Assembly (NCBI GenBank): GCA_003562365.1
Contig: PWVB01000524.1
Location: 1-39,336, forward strand
Direction: 5' to 3'
Origin: Anaerolineae bacterium
GTDB lineage: Bacteria > Chloroflexota > Anaerolineae > B4-G1 > SLSP01
DNA: 39,336 bases
The notes under the pieces were generated by a model, which had not been told where the DNA came from, searched no databases, and saw only the letters and a list, made by a program, of their open reading frames with translations. Shown in pieces: positions 8,806-17,562 of this stretch. The first letter of the stretch is position 1, and each line of letters starts with the position of its first letter. A program made the position numbers and the translations under genes.

Positions 8806-9678
8806 GTGCAGAAACTATCACGAAACGATCCTTGTTGGTGCGGCAGTGGTAAGAAGTACAAGCATTGTCATCTAAAAGAGGACCAGACCCGGCTGCGTGC
8901 GCGGCGAAAGGTGTTGGGCCGCCAGCGGAGGAAGATTATGGTTAAGACGGAGAAGCAGATTGCGGGCATCCGCAAGGCGTGTCACCTCACGCGGGACATC
9001 CTCAATGCATTGGAGGATCGTATCAGCCCGGGCATTGCGACCGAACAGATCAACACGTGGGTCCACGAGATGACCGTCAACGCTGGCGCGACACCAGCCC
9101 CACTGAACTACCGTGGGTATCCCAAAAGCGTTTGTACCTCGATCAACGAGGTAATCTGTCATGGCATCCCCACGCCGGAGCGCGTACTGCAGGAAGGTGA
9201 CATTCTGAATGTGGACGTGACCTCGATCCTTGAAGGTTACTATGGGGACTGCAGCCGCATGTTCCTGATTGGCGAGGTCTCTAACGAGGCTCGCAAGCTG
9301 GTTGAGGTCACTCGTGAGTGTCTTTACCGAGCCATCGAGCAGGTCCGGCCGGGCAGCCGCGTTGGTGATGTCGGGCACGCGATCCAGGCACATGCAGAAC
9401 GCCACGGTTACTCGGTAGTGCGCGCCTTTGTCGGACACGGGACTGGTGTTGAGTTTCACGAAGCGCCAGATATCCCGCACTATGGCTCCCCGGGCACCGG
9501 TACGATCTTCGTCCCCAATATGGTCTTCACCATCGAACCGATGATCAACGCCGGAGGTTTCCACGTTACCGTGTTGGAGGATGGGTGGACGGCGGTGACC
9601 TCTGATGGCTCCCTGTCAGCACAGTGGGAGCATACGCTGCGGGTGATGGAGGATGGCGCTGAGATCCTGACGGAATAA
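8806..9678 (+). CDS. map: Type I methionine aminopeptidase with N-terminal SEC-C zinc motif
   Basis: RNDPCWCGSGKKYKHCH; SINEVICHGIP, GDCSRMF, GHGTG..FHE, FTIEPMIN and SAQWEHT motifs. Confidence 0.95.
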   Translation: MQKLSRNDPCWCGSGKKYKHCHLKEDQTRLRARRKVLGRQRRKIMVKTEKQIAGIRKACHLTRDILNALEDRISPGIATEQINTWVHEMTVNAGATPAPLNYRGYPKSVCTSINEVICHGIPTPERVLQEGDILNVDVTSILEGYYGDCSRMFLIGEVSNEARKLVEVTRECLYRAIEQVRPGSRVGDVGHAIQAHAERHGYSVVRAFVGHGTGVEFHEAPDIPHYGSPGTGTIFVPNMVFTIEPMINAGGFHVTVLEDGWTAVTSDGSLSAQWEHTLRVMEDGAEILTE

Positions 9679-9759
9679 CGTGATACTGGTCGAGCTTATT
9701 GTTGTAATGTCGATATCTGCTATACTAAGCACCACTATGATGGTGGAAGGAGCGAGATA

Positions 9760-10053
9760 ATGCAGGGTGATGCGGGTGAGATTCGCAAGGGTCTGCGGGA
9801 TGTTATCGATTTTGAGCTTGGGTTGGATGTGGTGTCGCTCGGGTTGATCCGGGGCATCGAGGTGGAGGATGACAGGGTTGTGATCACGATGATCCTGACG
9901 TCGCCGATGTGCCCCATGGCGTCCTTTATGATGAACCAAGTTCAGGAGCGAGCGTCGGAGCTGACGGACAAGCCGGTGGAGGTCAAGCTTGGTCAGGAGC
10001 TCTGGAAGGTCGATATGATGGAGGAGGAGGCGCGCGAGGTGCTGAATATCTAG
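9760..10053 (+). CDS. DUF59/SufT-like Fe-S cluster assembly protein
   Basis: VIDFELGLDVVSLGLI and MILTSPMCP motifs; SD AAGGAG; TGcTATACT at 9718-9726. Confidence 0.88.
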   Translation: MQGDAGEIRKGLRDVIDFELGLDVVSLGLIRGIEVEDDRVVITMILTSPMCPMASFMMNQVQERASELTDKPVEVKLGQELWKVDMMEEEAREVLNI

Positions 10054-10065
10054 CCGTCATCGCGC

Positions 10066-10093
10066 TTGACAACTCTGAAGTCCTGAGGATAAT
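10066..10093 (+). promoter_or_regulatory. Promoter of the pheST leader
   Basis: TTGACA, 16 nt, GATAAT directly before the T-box leader. Confidence 0.65.
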
Positions 10094-10109
10094 AAGGTCA
10101 GCTTAGCTT

Positions 10110-10408
10110 TGGCAAAGGCTGTGACAGGGAGAAGTACCCGGGTCGAACCTGACAGGGAGACGCGGCCAGTGACTGAGAGCCACGTTCAGTGAAATCCCGG
10201 CGAAGTTCGCCCTAGAGCCGACCGTTGAAGATCTTGACGAAGTCGAGACTGTGTAGACGGCTCCGCAAGCCCAGCGTTATGGGGTAGCCCATCGTCATAC
10301 AGTGAGATGACCGTGGTGTGAGGGGCTCCGTACTGCAAACACGGGGCAAGCCGGGTGGTACCGCGGGAGTTACGCTCTCGTCCCAGCAAGGGATGAGGGC
10401 GTTTTTTT
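10110..10408 (+). promoter_or_regulatory. T-box riboswitch (Phe specifier) with transcription terminator
   Basis: Stem I with AGGGAGA and CTGAGAG motifs; specifier GAAG-TTC-G (TTC at 10206-10208); T-box GGGTGGTACCGCG at 10353-10365; terminator ACGCTCTCGTCCC/GGGATGAGGGCGT plus T7. Confidence 0.93.
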
Positions 10409-10470
10409 GTGGAGTACCGGTTGTTTGTCATAGGTATTCCATCAGCCCAAAAGCTATAAGGGGGTGGCAG

Positions 10471-11523
10471 ATGAGTTCATTCGAGGCACTGGAGCAGTTG
10501 CATCATCAAGCGCTAGCGGAGCTAGTTGATGCAGCGACGACAGAGGCGCTGAAGGGTTGGGAGGATCGCTATCTGGGTCGCAAGGGACAGATCACGCAGC
10601 AAGCGCGCACCGTGGGGCAGATGCCCAAGGAAGCGCGTCCGGCTTTTGGGCGCCGCGTCAATGAGATCAAGACGTTGCTGGAACAGGCCTATGAGACCCG
10701 CCTGGCGGAGATTCGAAACGCTGAGTTGCAGACTCAAATGACCAGGGAAGCGATCGATGTCACACTGCCCGGACGTCCTATGGTGCCTGGGCACCTGCAT
10801 TTGACCATCCAGGCACTGCGTGAGCTCTACGACATCTGGGCCAAGATGGGCTTTGAGGTATATGAGGCGCCCGATGTCGAATTGGAGGCTTACAATTTCG
10901 ATCTGCTTAACATTCCTGAATACCATCCCGCTCGTGACATGTGGGACACCTTCTGGGTGAAGGGGACGAACGACCAACAGGCAGGAGATAGACGGTTGCT
11001 GCGCACCCACACTTCGCCCGGACAGATTCGGGTGATGCGCGAGCGGTATCCTGAACCGATTCGGGTTATCTTGCCCGGTAAATGTTATCGTTACGAACAG
11101 ATCACCGTGCGGGCCGAGCACCAGTTCTACCAGATGGAGGGGCTTGCTGTAGGACGCGCGATTACCCTAACGGACTTGATCGGGACGGTGACTCAGTTCT
11201 CGCATCTTTATTACGGGGCGGATCGTCAGGTGCGCGTCCGCAGTTCCTATTTCCCCTTCACAGAGCCGAGTGTAGAAGTTGATACTCAGTGTATTCTCTG
11301 CGGCGGGGAAGGGTGTGCTGTCTGCAAGTATACGGGATGGCTGGAGATCGCCGGCGCGGGGATGGTCCACCCAGTGGTGTTGGAGAATGGAGGCTACGAT
11401 CCCGATGTGTGGAGTGGTTTCGCTTTCGGCTTTGGGGTCGAGCGACCGGCTATGCAAAAGTACGGCGTCGAAGACATCCGGCTCTTCTATGGCAATGACT
11501 TGCGCTTCCTGCGACAATTCTAG
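10471..11523 (+). CDS. pheS: Phenylalanine-tRNA ligase alpha subunit
   Basis: HPARDMWDTF, LLRTHTSPGQ, YFPFTEPS and GFAFGFGVER motifs. Confidence 0.97.
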   Translation: MSSFEALEQLHHQALAELVDAATTEALKGWEDRYLGRKGQITQQARTVGQMPKEARPAFGRRVNEIKTLLEQAYETRLAEIRNAELQTQMTREAIDVTLPGRPMVPGHLHLTIQALRELYDIWAKMGFEVYEAPDVELEAYNFDLLNIPEYHPARDMWDTFWVKGTNDQQAGDRRLLRTHTSPGQIRVMRERYPEPIRVILPGKCYRYEQITVRAEHQFYQMEGLAVGRAITLTDLIGTVTQFSHLYYGADRQVRVRSSYFPFTEPSVEVDTQCILCGGEGCAVCKYTGWLEIAGAGMVHPVVLENGGYDPDVWSGFAFGFGVERPAMQKYGVEDIRLFYGNDLRFLRQF

Positions 11524-11583
11524 CCAGTTGTCGAGGACGAGAGAATGCCAAAGGTATGATGCGACAGAAAGCGAGTTTAGGTT

Positions 11584-14127
11584 ATGAAAATCCCTTTGTC
11601 CTGGCTAACTGACTACGTCCAGGTGGATGACCTGCCGATTGAGGCACTGCGGCAGCGGCTGGATCTTGCCGGCCTCGAAGTCGAGACCATCGAGGTGATC
11701 GGTTACCCGGGGGCGGAGTTGCCCTGGGATCCGAAGAAGGTGATCACGGCAGAGGTGCGGGCGGTGCGTCCGCATCCTAACGCCGACCGTCTGGTCCTGG
11801 CTGAAGTTGACTACGGTGGTGAGGCACCGGAGATCGTAGTGACTGGTGCACCCAGTCTCTACGATCGACTGGGTGAGGCGAATCTACATTTGAAGGTAGC
11901 CTTCGCCTGGGAAGGTGCCGAGCTTTACGATGGCCACGTTGAAGGGTGGCGCAAGAGTCGACTGAAGCAGACTCGAATTCGCGGTGAGCCGTCCCGGGCT
12001 ATGGTTTGCTCGGAGAAGGAGTTGGGGCTCTCAGAGGCGGCCGAGGATATTCTCTACTTGCCTCCTGATACGCCGGTAGGGCTGCCCTTGGTAGAGGTTC
12101 TGGGAGACTATGTTCTAGACTTTGACATTAAGGGACCTTTCGGGCACCTTCAGTCGGTCTATGGCATCGCGCGTGAGATCGCCGCGCTCTACGGTCGTCC
12201 GCTGCAGGCCGATCCGTTGAATGCTGCGGAGCGATTGGGCCTTGAACCCGCGGCGGCGGGTGATTTCGTGGATTTGGAGATCGCCGACCCGGAGCTCTGT
12301 TCTCGCTACACGGCGACGATGATTCGCGACATCGAGGTGGCACCCTCACCTCTGTGGCTACAGCTACGCCTGCGGCGCGCCGGTTTGCGACCGATCAACG
12401 TCATCGTCGATGTTACCAACTACGTGATGTGGGAGCTGGGCGAGCCGTTGCACGCCTTCGATTACCACGAAGTGCAACCCCGACCGGGCGAGTCCCAACC
12501 GGCGATCATCGTGCGCTGCGCAAAAGCCGGTGAGCAGATGACGACCCTGGACGGTGAGGACCGCACTTTTGACGATCAGATGCTGCTGATCACCGATGGA
12601 GAGGGCCCGGTGGGCATCGCCGGTGTGATGGGGGGGCTGGAGAGTGAGGTCGGTAATGCGACCGAGGCCATACTGCTGGAAGCGGCTAACTTCCACTTTC
12701 TGAACATTCGGCGCACGAGCCAACAGCTGAAACTGCACACCGAGGCTTCCTTGCGGTTCGGCAAGCAGGTGGATCCTGCCCTGGCGTTGCCGGCAGCTGC
12801 GCGGGCTGTGGAGTTGCTCCAGACAGTCACGAATGCGACTATCGATCCTGCGATTGCCGACCTCTATCCAGGTAAGCCGGAGGTGCAAACGATCGCACTC
12901 GATCCGGCCCTGGTGGATCGCATCCTGGGAGTCGAGATTCCCCACGCTGAGCAGATCCGACTGTTGGAGGCGCTGGAGTTCAAGATCGACGCCGAGGTCA
13001 TGCCTTGGACGGTGCGCGTGCCGTCCTATCGGCTGGACGTGCGGCGCCCGATCGACCTGGTGGAGGAGATTGGGCGCATCTATGGCTATGATCGCTTCCC
13101 CGGAACGTTGATTGAGGAACCGATACCCCCGTTGCGTCGCAACCGGGCACTGGAAGATGAGGATCGATTGCGCGATATGCTCGTCGGGCTGGGACTAGAC
13201 GAGGTGATCACCTATTCGCTCATCGATCCCGTTGATGAAGAACGACTCCATCCTGAGCCCGATCAACGGCTGACGCTGCCGGGCGAACCGGTGGCGCTGC
13301 AAAACACGCTGTCGCCAGAGCGGTCGCAGATGCGCCGCACGCTATTGCCTGGCGCGTTGCGGACCGCGTGGGCTAATCTACGCTATCTGTCGCGCATCGC
13401 TACCTTCGAGCTGGGCCGTATCCACTACAAGGTGGCAGAGCCTGATGCCGCGACGGCGGAGACCGGCGTTGAGGAGCCGCGCCGCTTGAGTATCCTGTTG
13501 ACAGGGCCGCGGACGCCTCTCTGGTGGCGTGAGGCGGCGGCAGAGCCACTGTTGGATTACTTTGATCTGAAAGGGATCGTCGATGCGTTGCTCCAACGGC
13601 TAAACCTCACCGAACCGGTGGCCTGGGCCGCCGGCAACCATCCCTCCTTCCATCCCGGACGCTGTGCCGCTGTCTCTGTGGCGGGGCAGGTGTTGGGTGT
13701 GCTGGGCGAGCTACATCCCCTGGTGCGCGAGGCTTTCGATCTACCGAAGCAGCCCGTTCTGCTGCTGGATTGGGATTTGGAGGTGCTCTTCGAGGCGGCT
13801 GCCGATGCCGAGGCGGCCAAGCAGGTCGGCTCCCTCTCGCCCTATGCCCCGGTCCACGAGGATCTGGCGCTGGTCGTCGACGAGGCGATGCCGGCGGTGA
13901 GTGTGGAGCGCGTCATTCGTGAGGCCGGTAAACCGTTGGTGAACGAAGTGGTGCTGTTCGATGTCTACCGGGGTGCACAGGTGGGATCCGGCAAGAAGAG
14001 TCTGGCTTTCTCGCTTAGCTATCAGGCACCCAATCGTTCTCTCTCTGATCGCGATGTCACAAAGCTGCGGCAGCGTATCATCAGAACGGTGGAGCGGGAA
14101 CTGGGTGCCCAGTTGCGCGGCGGCTAG
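11584..14127 (+). CDS. pheT: Phenylalanine-tRNA ligase beta subunit
   Basis: HPNADRL, VDVTNYVM.E.G.PLHAFD, DLVEEIGRIYGY and the C-terminal FDX-ACB LFDVYRG...GKKSLA. Confidence 0.97.
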   Translation: MKIPLSWLTDYVQVDDLPIEALRQRLDLAGLEVETIEVIGYPGAELPWDPKKVITAEVRAVRPHPNADRLVLAEVDYGGEAPEIVVTGAPSLYDRLGEANLHLKVAFAWEGAELYDGHVEGWRKSRLKQTRIRGEPSRAMVCSEKELGLSEAAEDILYLPPDTPVGLPLVEVLGDYVLDFDIKGPFGHLQSVYGIAREIAALYGRPLQADPLNAAERLGLEPAAAGDFVDLEIADPELCSRYTATMIRDIEVAPSPLWLQLRLRRAGLRPINVIVDVTNYVMWELGEPLHAFDYHEVQPRPGESQPAIIVRCAKAGEQMTTLDGEDRTFDDQMLLITDGEGPVGIAGVMGGLESEVGNATEAILLEAANFHFLNIRRTSQQLKLHTEASLRFGKQVDPALALPAAARAVELLQTVTNATIDPAIADLYPGKPEVQTIALDPALVDRILGVEIPHAEQIRLLEALEFKIDAEVMPWTVRVPSYRLDVRRPIDLVEEIGRIYGYDRFPGTLIEEPIPPLRRNRALEDEDRLRDMLVGLGLDEVITYSLIDPVDEERLHPEPDQRLTLPGEPVALQNTLSPERSQMRRTLLPGALRTAWANLRYLSRIATFELGRIHYKVAEPDAATAETGVEEPRRLSILLTGPRTPLWWREAAAEPLLDYFDLKGIVDALLQRLNLTEPVAWAAGNHPSFHPGRCAAVSVAGQVLGVLGELHPLVREAFDLPKQPVLLLDWDLEVLFEAAADAEAAKQVGSLSPYAPVHEDLALVVDEAMPAVSVERVIREAGKPLVNEVVLFDVYRGAQVGSGKKSLAFSLSYQAPNRSLSDRDVTKLRQRIIRTVERELGAQLRGG

Positions 14128-14140
14128 GCCGCCTTGCTTC

Positions 14141-14173
14141 GCTCCTCCGGCGGGACAGCCCCGCCGGGGGAGC
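14141..14173. terminator. GC-rich hairpin between convergent pheT and the glycosidase-like gene
   Basis: GCTCCTCCGGCGGG-acagc-CCCGCCGGGGGAGC. Confidence 0.6.
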
Positions 14174-14183
14174 TTCTGTCCTA

Positions 14184-17156
14184 TCAGCTGCCGGCTGATG
14201 TCTCAGCGGCTCTGGCACTAGCCGGCAGTACCCGCACAGGTATCTCGATGGACCTCGCTACGACGTCACCGCCGCTCGACGCAATCCGGACCGTGGCCAT
14301 AAACGTTACCTTCACGGGTTCTTCGGCGTTGATCGCGTAGAGTGTGAGAGTGCCGCCAGGTTGCGTGGTGGCGTGGAAGGGTACCTCAGGACCCTCGTGC
14401 CAGTCGAGATCCAGCGCCAGTTCGGCGGGCCAGCGCACCCAGAAAGGCGCAACAGCACGGCTGCACGCTGGGATCGTGCCCAAGGTCAGGGCTGCCTCGC
14501 AGTCCCAGACCTGGGGCTGCGTCCAGTGCTGAGGTTGTCGTCCTCGGGCGTGCCATCCGTTGGGACACGCTAGCTCCGCCGTCACCTTCGGCCAGTCAGA
14601 CTCAGTGCCGTTCTCGATAAGCAGCCGTATGGTCAGGGGCATTGACTCCGCGGCCCACAGCTTCTCGATGTCCCAGTGGCCCCACAGCTGTTCCGGACCG
14701 AAGCGCCGAACCAGGATGCCGCCTTCCCCTTCTGCCTCAACCTCCAATGGTACCATATGCGGCTCGTCCATCGGTCGGGCTGTGGCAGCGCGGGTGCTGG
14801 TATGGGTGAAGGCGTCGGTGACGCCCGACGCGAGGATACGAGTCTGCCAGACCAGATCGTCGGTAGCGCCGGCTCCCGAGTGCCGAAAGCCGAACCTCAC
14901 AGTCCACGGATCACCGTTGTGGTTGGTGATCTCGACGGTGGTTTGAGCACTCTCGTCTGGATTCGTGTCGGATCCACGGCTGACGGGGTGCTCACGCCAA
15001 CTGACGTCGAAGATGTGCGGGCCCGCCCGGAAGCCCTGCCAGTTCACAGCGTTCAGGAGACCACGGGGTGCCACGGTCAGGGTTCTGGCGTCAGCGTCTA
15101 CCTCCAGACCCAGCCACTGCTTGAGGTACTGCCAGGCCCACGCCCCCTGACCTTGGCTGCAACGGGTGAGCGATCGCTTGTACTCCAGGCCGTGGGGCCA
15201 CCAGAAGACGCTGCCAGTGACGTCGTCGGTCGCGACGTGCCAGAGCGTGCCAAGCGCCTCCAGCATCTCCTCATCTGTCACGCTGCCAGCGAGCCGGGAG
15301 AAGTAACCGGTGCCGTCCAGTGCGCCTCCGGCAAAGCCACGAGGGCTCCAGCGCAAGGCTCCGAACTCAAAGTCGAAGTTAGGGCACCAGATCGACCGGG
15401 CAAAGCGATGATAGTTGACCCATACTTCATCTGTGAGGCCGATCATTCCGTAGATGGGCGCAAGCATACTGGAGGTGTCCTCACCGTCGTAATAGGGGAT
15501 GCCCTCCGGTAAATAGAAGCTGCCGGGATCCTCGCCAAGATTGGTGCCGCCGGAGATCTGAGGGCCAAAGGGGCCTTCGATGATCATCGTGTGCCCAATA
15601 GCCTCACGGATGGCGTCGGCGGTCTCCTTGTAGGTTGCCGCCATTTCCGCGTTGCCCAAGGTGCGAGCCAGGAGGGCCATAGAATCGAAGGCGTACCAGA
15701 CCTTGACATTGGTGCCGTAGTCGTAGCGACGCCCTACGGCTCCGTCACTGGAATAGCGCGAAGGAAAGAGTGCTTCGTTGGGCGCCTTGAGTGCCATCAG
15801 ATCGTCTACGATGGACATCAGCGCCGCCATCACGTCCGGGTTTTGGACAAGCTTGTCGACGTCTCCGGTGATCTGCAGCCACTGTCGGGCGATGATGATC
15901 GGCGCGACGAGAATGGGTACGGAGTGGTCGGGGGTGCCTTTGGGTGCCCGGCTGCGGTCCATAAAAAAGCGGAGCGTGGCCCATGTCATCTCGGGACAAA
16001 GATGGGCGATGCTCACCGCAGTGGGCTCGACGTCGATGCCCCAGACGGTGCCATAGCCGTGGGAAGGCGCGCCTTGCCAGTGAGCCAAGAGGGTGCCCTC
16101 ACCGTCGGTCTGCAGGCAGTTGAAGTTATCGAAGAGGCTTCGGACGTAGATGTCACGGCTCACCTGTGCCTCTTTCGTGGCCTCGTGAGCGTCCACGGTG
16201 AGGGTGCCCAATCGCTCGCGCCAGAAGCCCGCCGTCAGATTCAGCCAATCGAGCGCTGACTGCATGTGAAGCGTGTAAATCGTGGGCATGATATCAGTAT
16301 ACGTTGCCCCTAGGGCGATTTGCGTCTCGAAGGTCCGCGACTCTCCTGGTGCCAGGTTGAAGGCGCTCTCAGCCTCGTAGGGTGGTGTCAGTCGGCGCCA
16401 GGTTCCATCGTGTAGGTGAACGCCCACGGCACCGTAAGGCTGGGTCAAGATCAGTGTGTGCTGCCGGAGCTGGGTATGCGCTGGCTGCACCGATCTGGAC
16501 CCTTCATCGGTCGATATCCTGGCATCCTCATAGTGGCCCACCAACAAATCGCTTGCTTGCAGGACGACCCTGCCCTTGACGGAAGCCTCACTGACGTTGT
16601 AGAGATGGAGTGCATAGACGGCGCCGGCCGGTCCGGGCAGTGGGGCTGGCGCGAGGGGGGCTGATTCGACGTCCGCGGTGACAGGTGCAATGCTCGTAAG
16701 CGTGACCTCCAAGCCGGCAACCGCGCCCGTGGTGCGCGGTATGCAATCGTCAGCGTAGACCGTCTCGACTTCGATGCCTGCAGCGGGAGCCTCTGTCGAG
16801 GAAAGGATGACTGGATCGTCCAGGTCGTCGACCTCGAGTCGGTAACAGAGATCACCGGCGTACATTACTGTATCGAAGTGATGGTACATTCCCACACCCA
16901 GACCCAGCTCTCGGGTGCCGGTGGGGGCAGCATAGAGCTGGGTGGGTAGCGCGACAAAGCGCAGCATGCCGTTAGCTGCGTGGCCCAGCAGCACTCTGGC
17001 ATTGGACTGAGTGAAGAGCGCCTCGATGTTGGGTGCTAGGTCGATGTTACGGTGTCGGTCTGCGATGCGGTCTGCCTGGGTCCCGGAGAAGAATGGTGAC
17101 TGCAGAGCCTGTCTGAAGGCCGGCCAGTCGACGTAGGTGGGCGTCTCTCTGTTCAT
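14184..17156 (-). CDS. Large (alpha/alpha)6-barrel glycoside hydrolase-like protein, divergent GH125-like
   Basis: Ordered motifs VWGID, RYSSDG...YDYGTN, YYDGEDTSSMLAPIYG and DDVTG resemble GH125 WLRD, RPSDD..Y, MDDANxPSLL.LPY.G and DAGTG. No signal peptide. Confidence 0.55.
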   Translation of the reverse strand: MNRETPTYVDWPAFRQALQSPFFSGTQADRIADRHRNIDLAPNIEALFTQSNARVLLGHAANGMLRFVALPTQLYAAPTGTRELGLGVGMYHHFDTVMYAGDLCYRLEVDDLDDPVILSSTEAPAAGIEVETVYADDCIPRTTGAVAGLEVTLTSIAPVTADVESAPLAPAPLPGPAGAVYALHLYNVSEASVKGRVVLQASDLLVGHYEDARISTDEGSRSVQPAHTQLRQHTLILTQPYGAVGVHLHDGTWRRLTPPYEAESAFNLAPGESRTFETQIALGATYTDIMPTIYTLHMQSALDWLNLTAGFWRERLGTLTVDAHEATKEAQVSRDIYVRSLFDNFNCLQTDGEGTLLAHWQGAPSHGYGTVWGIDVEPTAVSIAHLCPEMTWATLRFFMDRSRAPKGTPDHSVPILVAPIIIARQWLQITGDVDKLVQNPDVMAALMSIVDDLMALKAPNEALFPSRYSSDGAVGRRYDYGTNVKVWYAFDSMALLARTLGNAEMAATYKETADAIREAIGHTMIIEGPFGPQISGGTNLGEDPGSFYLPEGIPYYDGEDTSSMLAPIYGMIGLTDEVWVNYHRFARSIWCPNFDFEFGALRWSPRGFAGGALDGTGYFSRLAGSVTDEEMLEALGTLWHVATDDVTGSVFWWPHGLEYKRSLTRCSQGQGAWAWQYLKQWLGLEVDADARTLTVAPRGLLNAVNWQGFRAGPHIFDVSWREHPVSRGSDTNPDESAQTTVEITNHNGDPWTVRFGFRHSGAGATDDLVWQTRILASGVTDAFTHTSTRAATARPMDEPHMVPLEVEAEGEGGILVRRFGPEQLWGHWDIEKLWAAESMPLTIRLLIENGTESDWPKVTAELACPNGWHARGRQPQHWTQPQVWDCEAALTLGTIPACSRAVAPFWVRWPAELALDLDWHEGPEVPFHATTQPGGTLTLYAINAEEPVKVTFMATVRIASSGGDVVARSIEIPVRVLPASARAAETSAGS

Positions 17157-17256
17157 AGTCTCCTTGCCTCGCGGGAAAAAGGTAGTATCTTAGGGCAATT
17201 GTACACTCTTTTCCTGTGAAAGGTACCACTGATCCTGGTGCCGAGGAGGTTTTTCT

Positions 17257-17562
17257 ATGGCACAGAACGTGATAATGGATGAGGCATTCGAGCGACGCAA
17301 GTCTGGCATTGGCATCCGGATGACGATCCTGTACTCGATCATATATGGGGGGTTCGTCGTGCTTAGCGTCTTCCAGCCGACCTGGATGGGGGCGCGAGCG
17401 TTGTTGGGGTTGAACTTGGCTGTCGCATATGGATTGGGCTTGATCGTCATCGCTATCATCTTCGCACTTGTCTATAATCATCTCTGTCGGGTTCCGGCTA
17501 CAGGCGCTGCGACCCGCTCAAGGTCAGCGTCCGGCCCACAGGCCGGCCAAGAGGAGGGCTAG
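17257..17562 (+). CDS. DUF485 small membrane protein (YjcH-like partner of ActP)
   Basis: Two TM helices, GLNLAVAYG...YN pattern, directly upstream of an actP-like gene; SD GAGGAGG. Confidence 0.85.
   Translation: MAQNVIMDEAFERRKSGIGIRMTILYSIIYGGFVVLSVFQPTWMGARALLGLNLAVAYGLGLIVIAIIFALVYNHLCRVPATGAATRSRSASGPQAGQEEG

Noticed and set aside
10318-10470. N-terminal extension of pheS in the ORF track
   Set aside because: It runs through the T-box antiterminator/terminator; the real start is ATG 10471.
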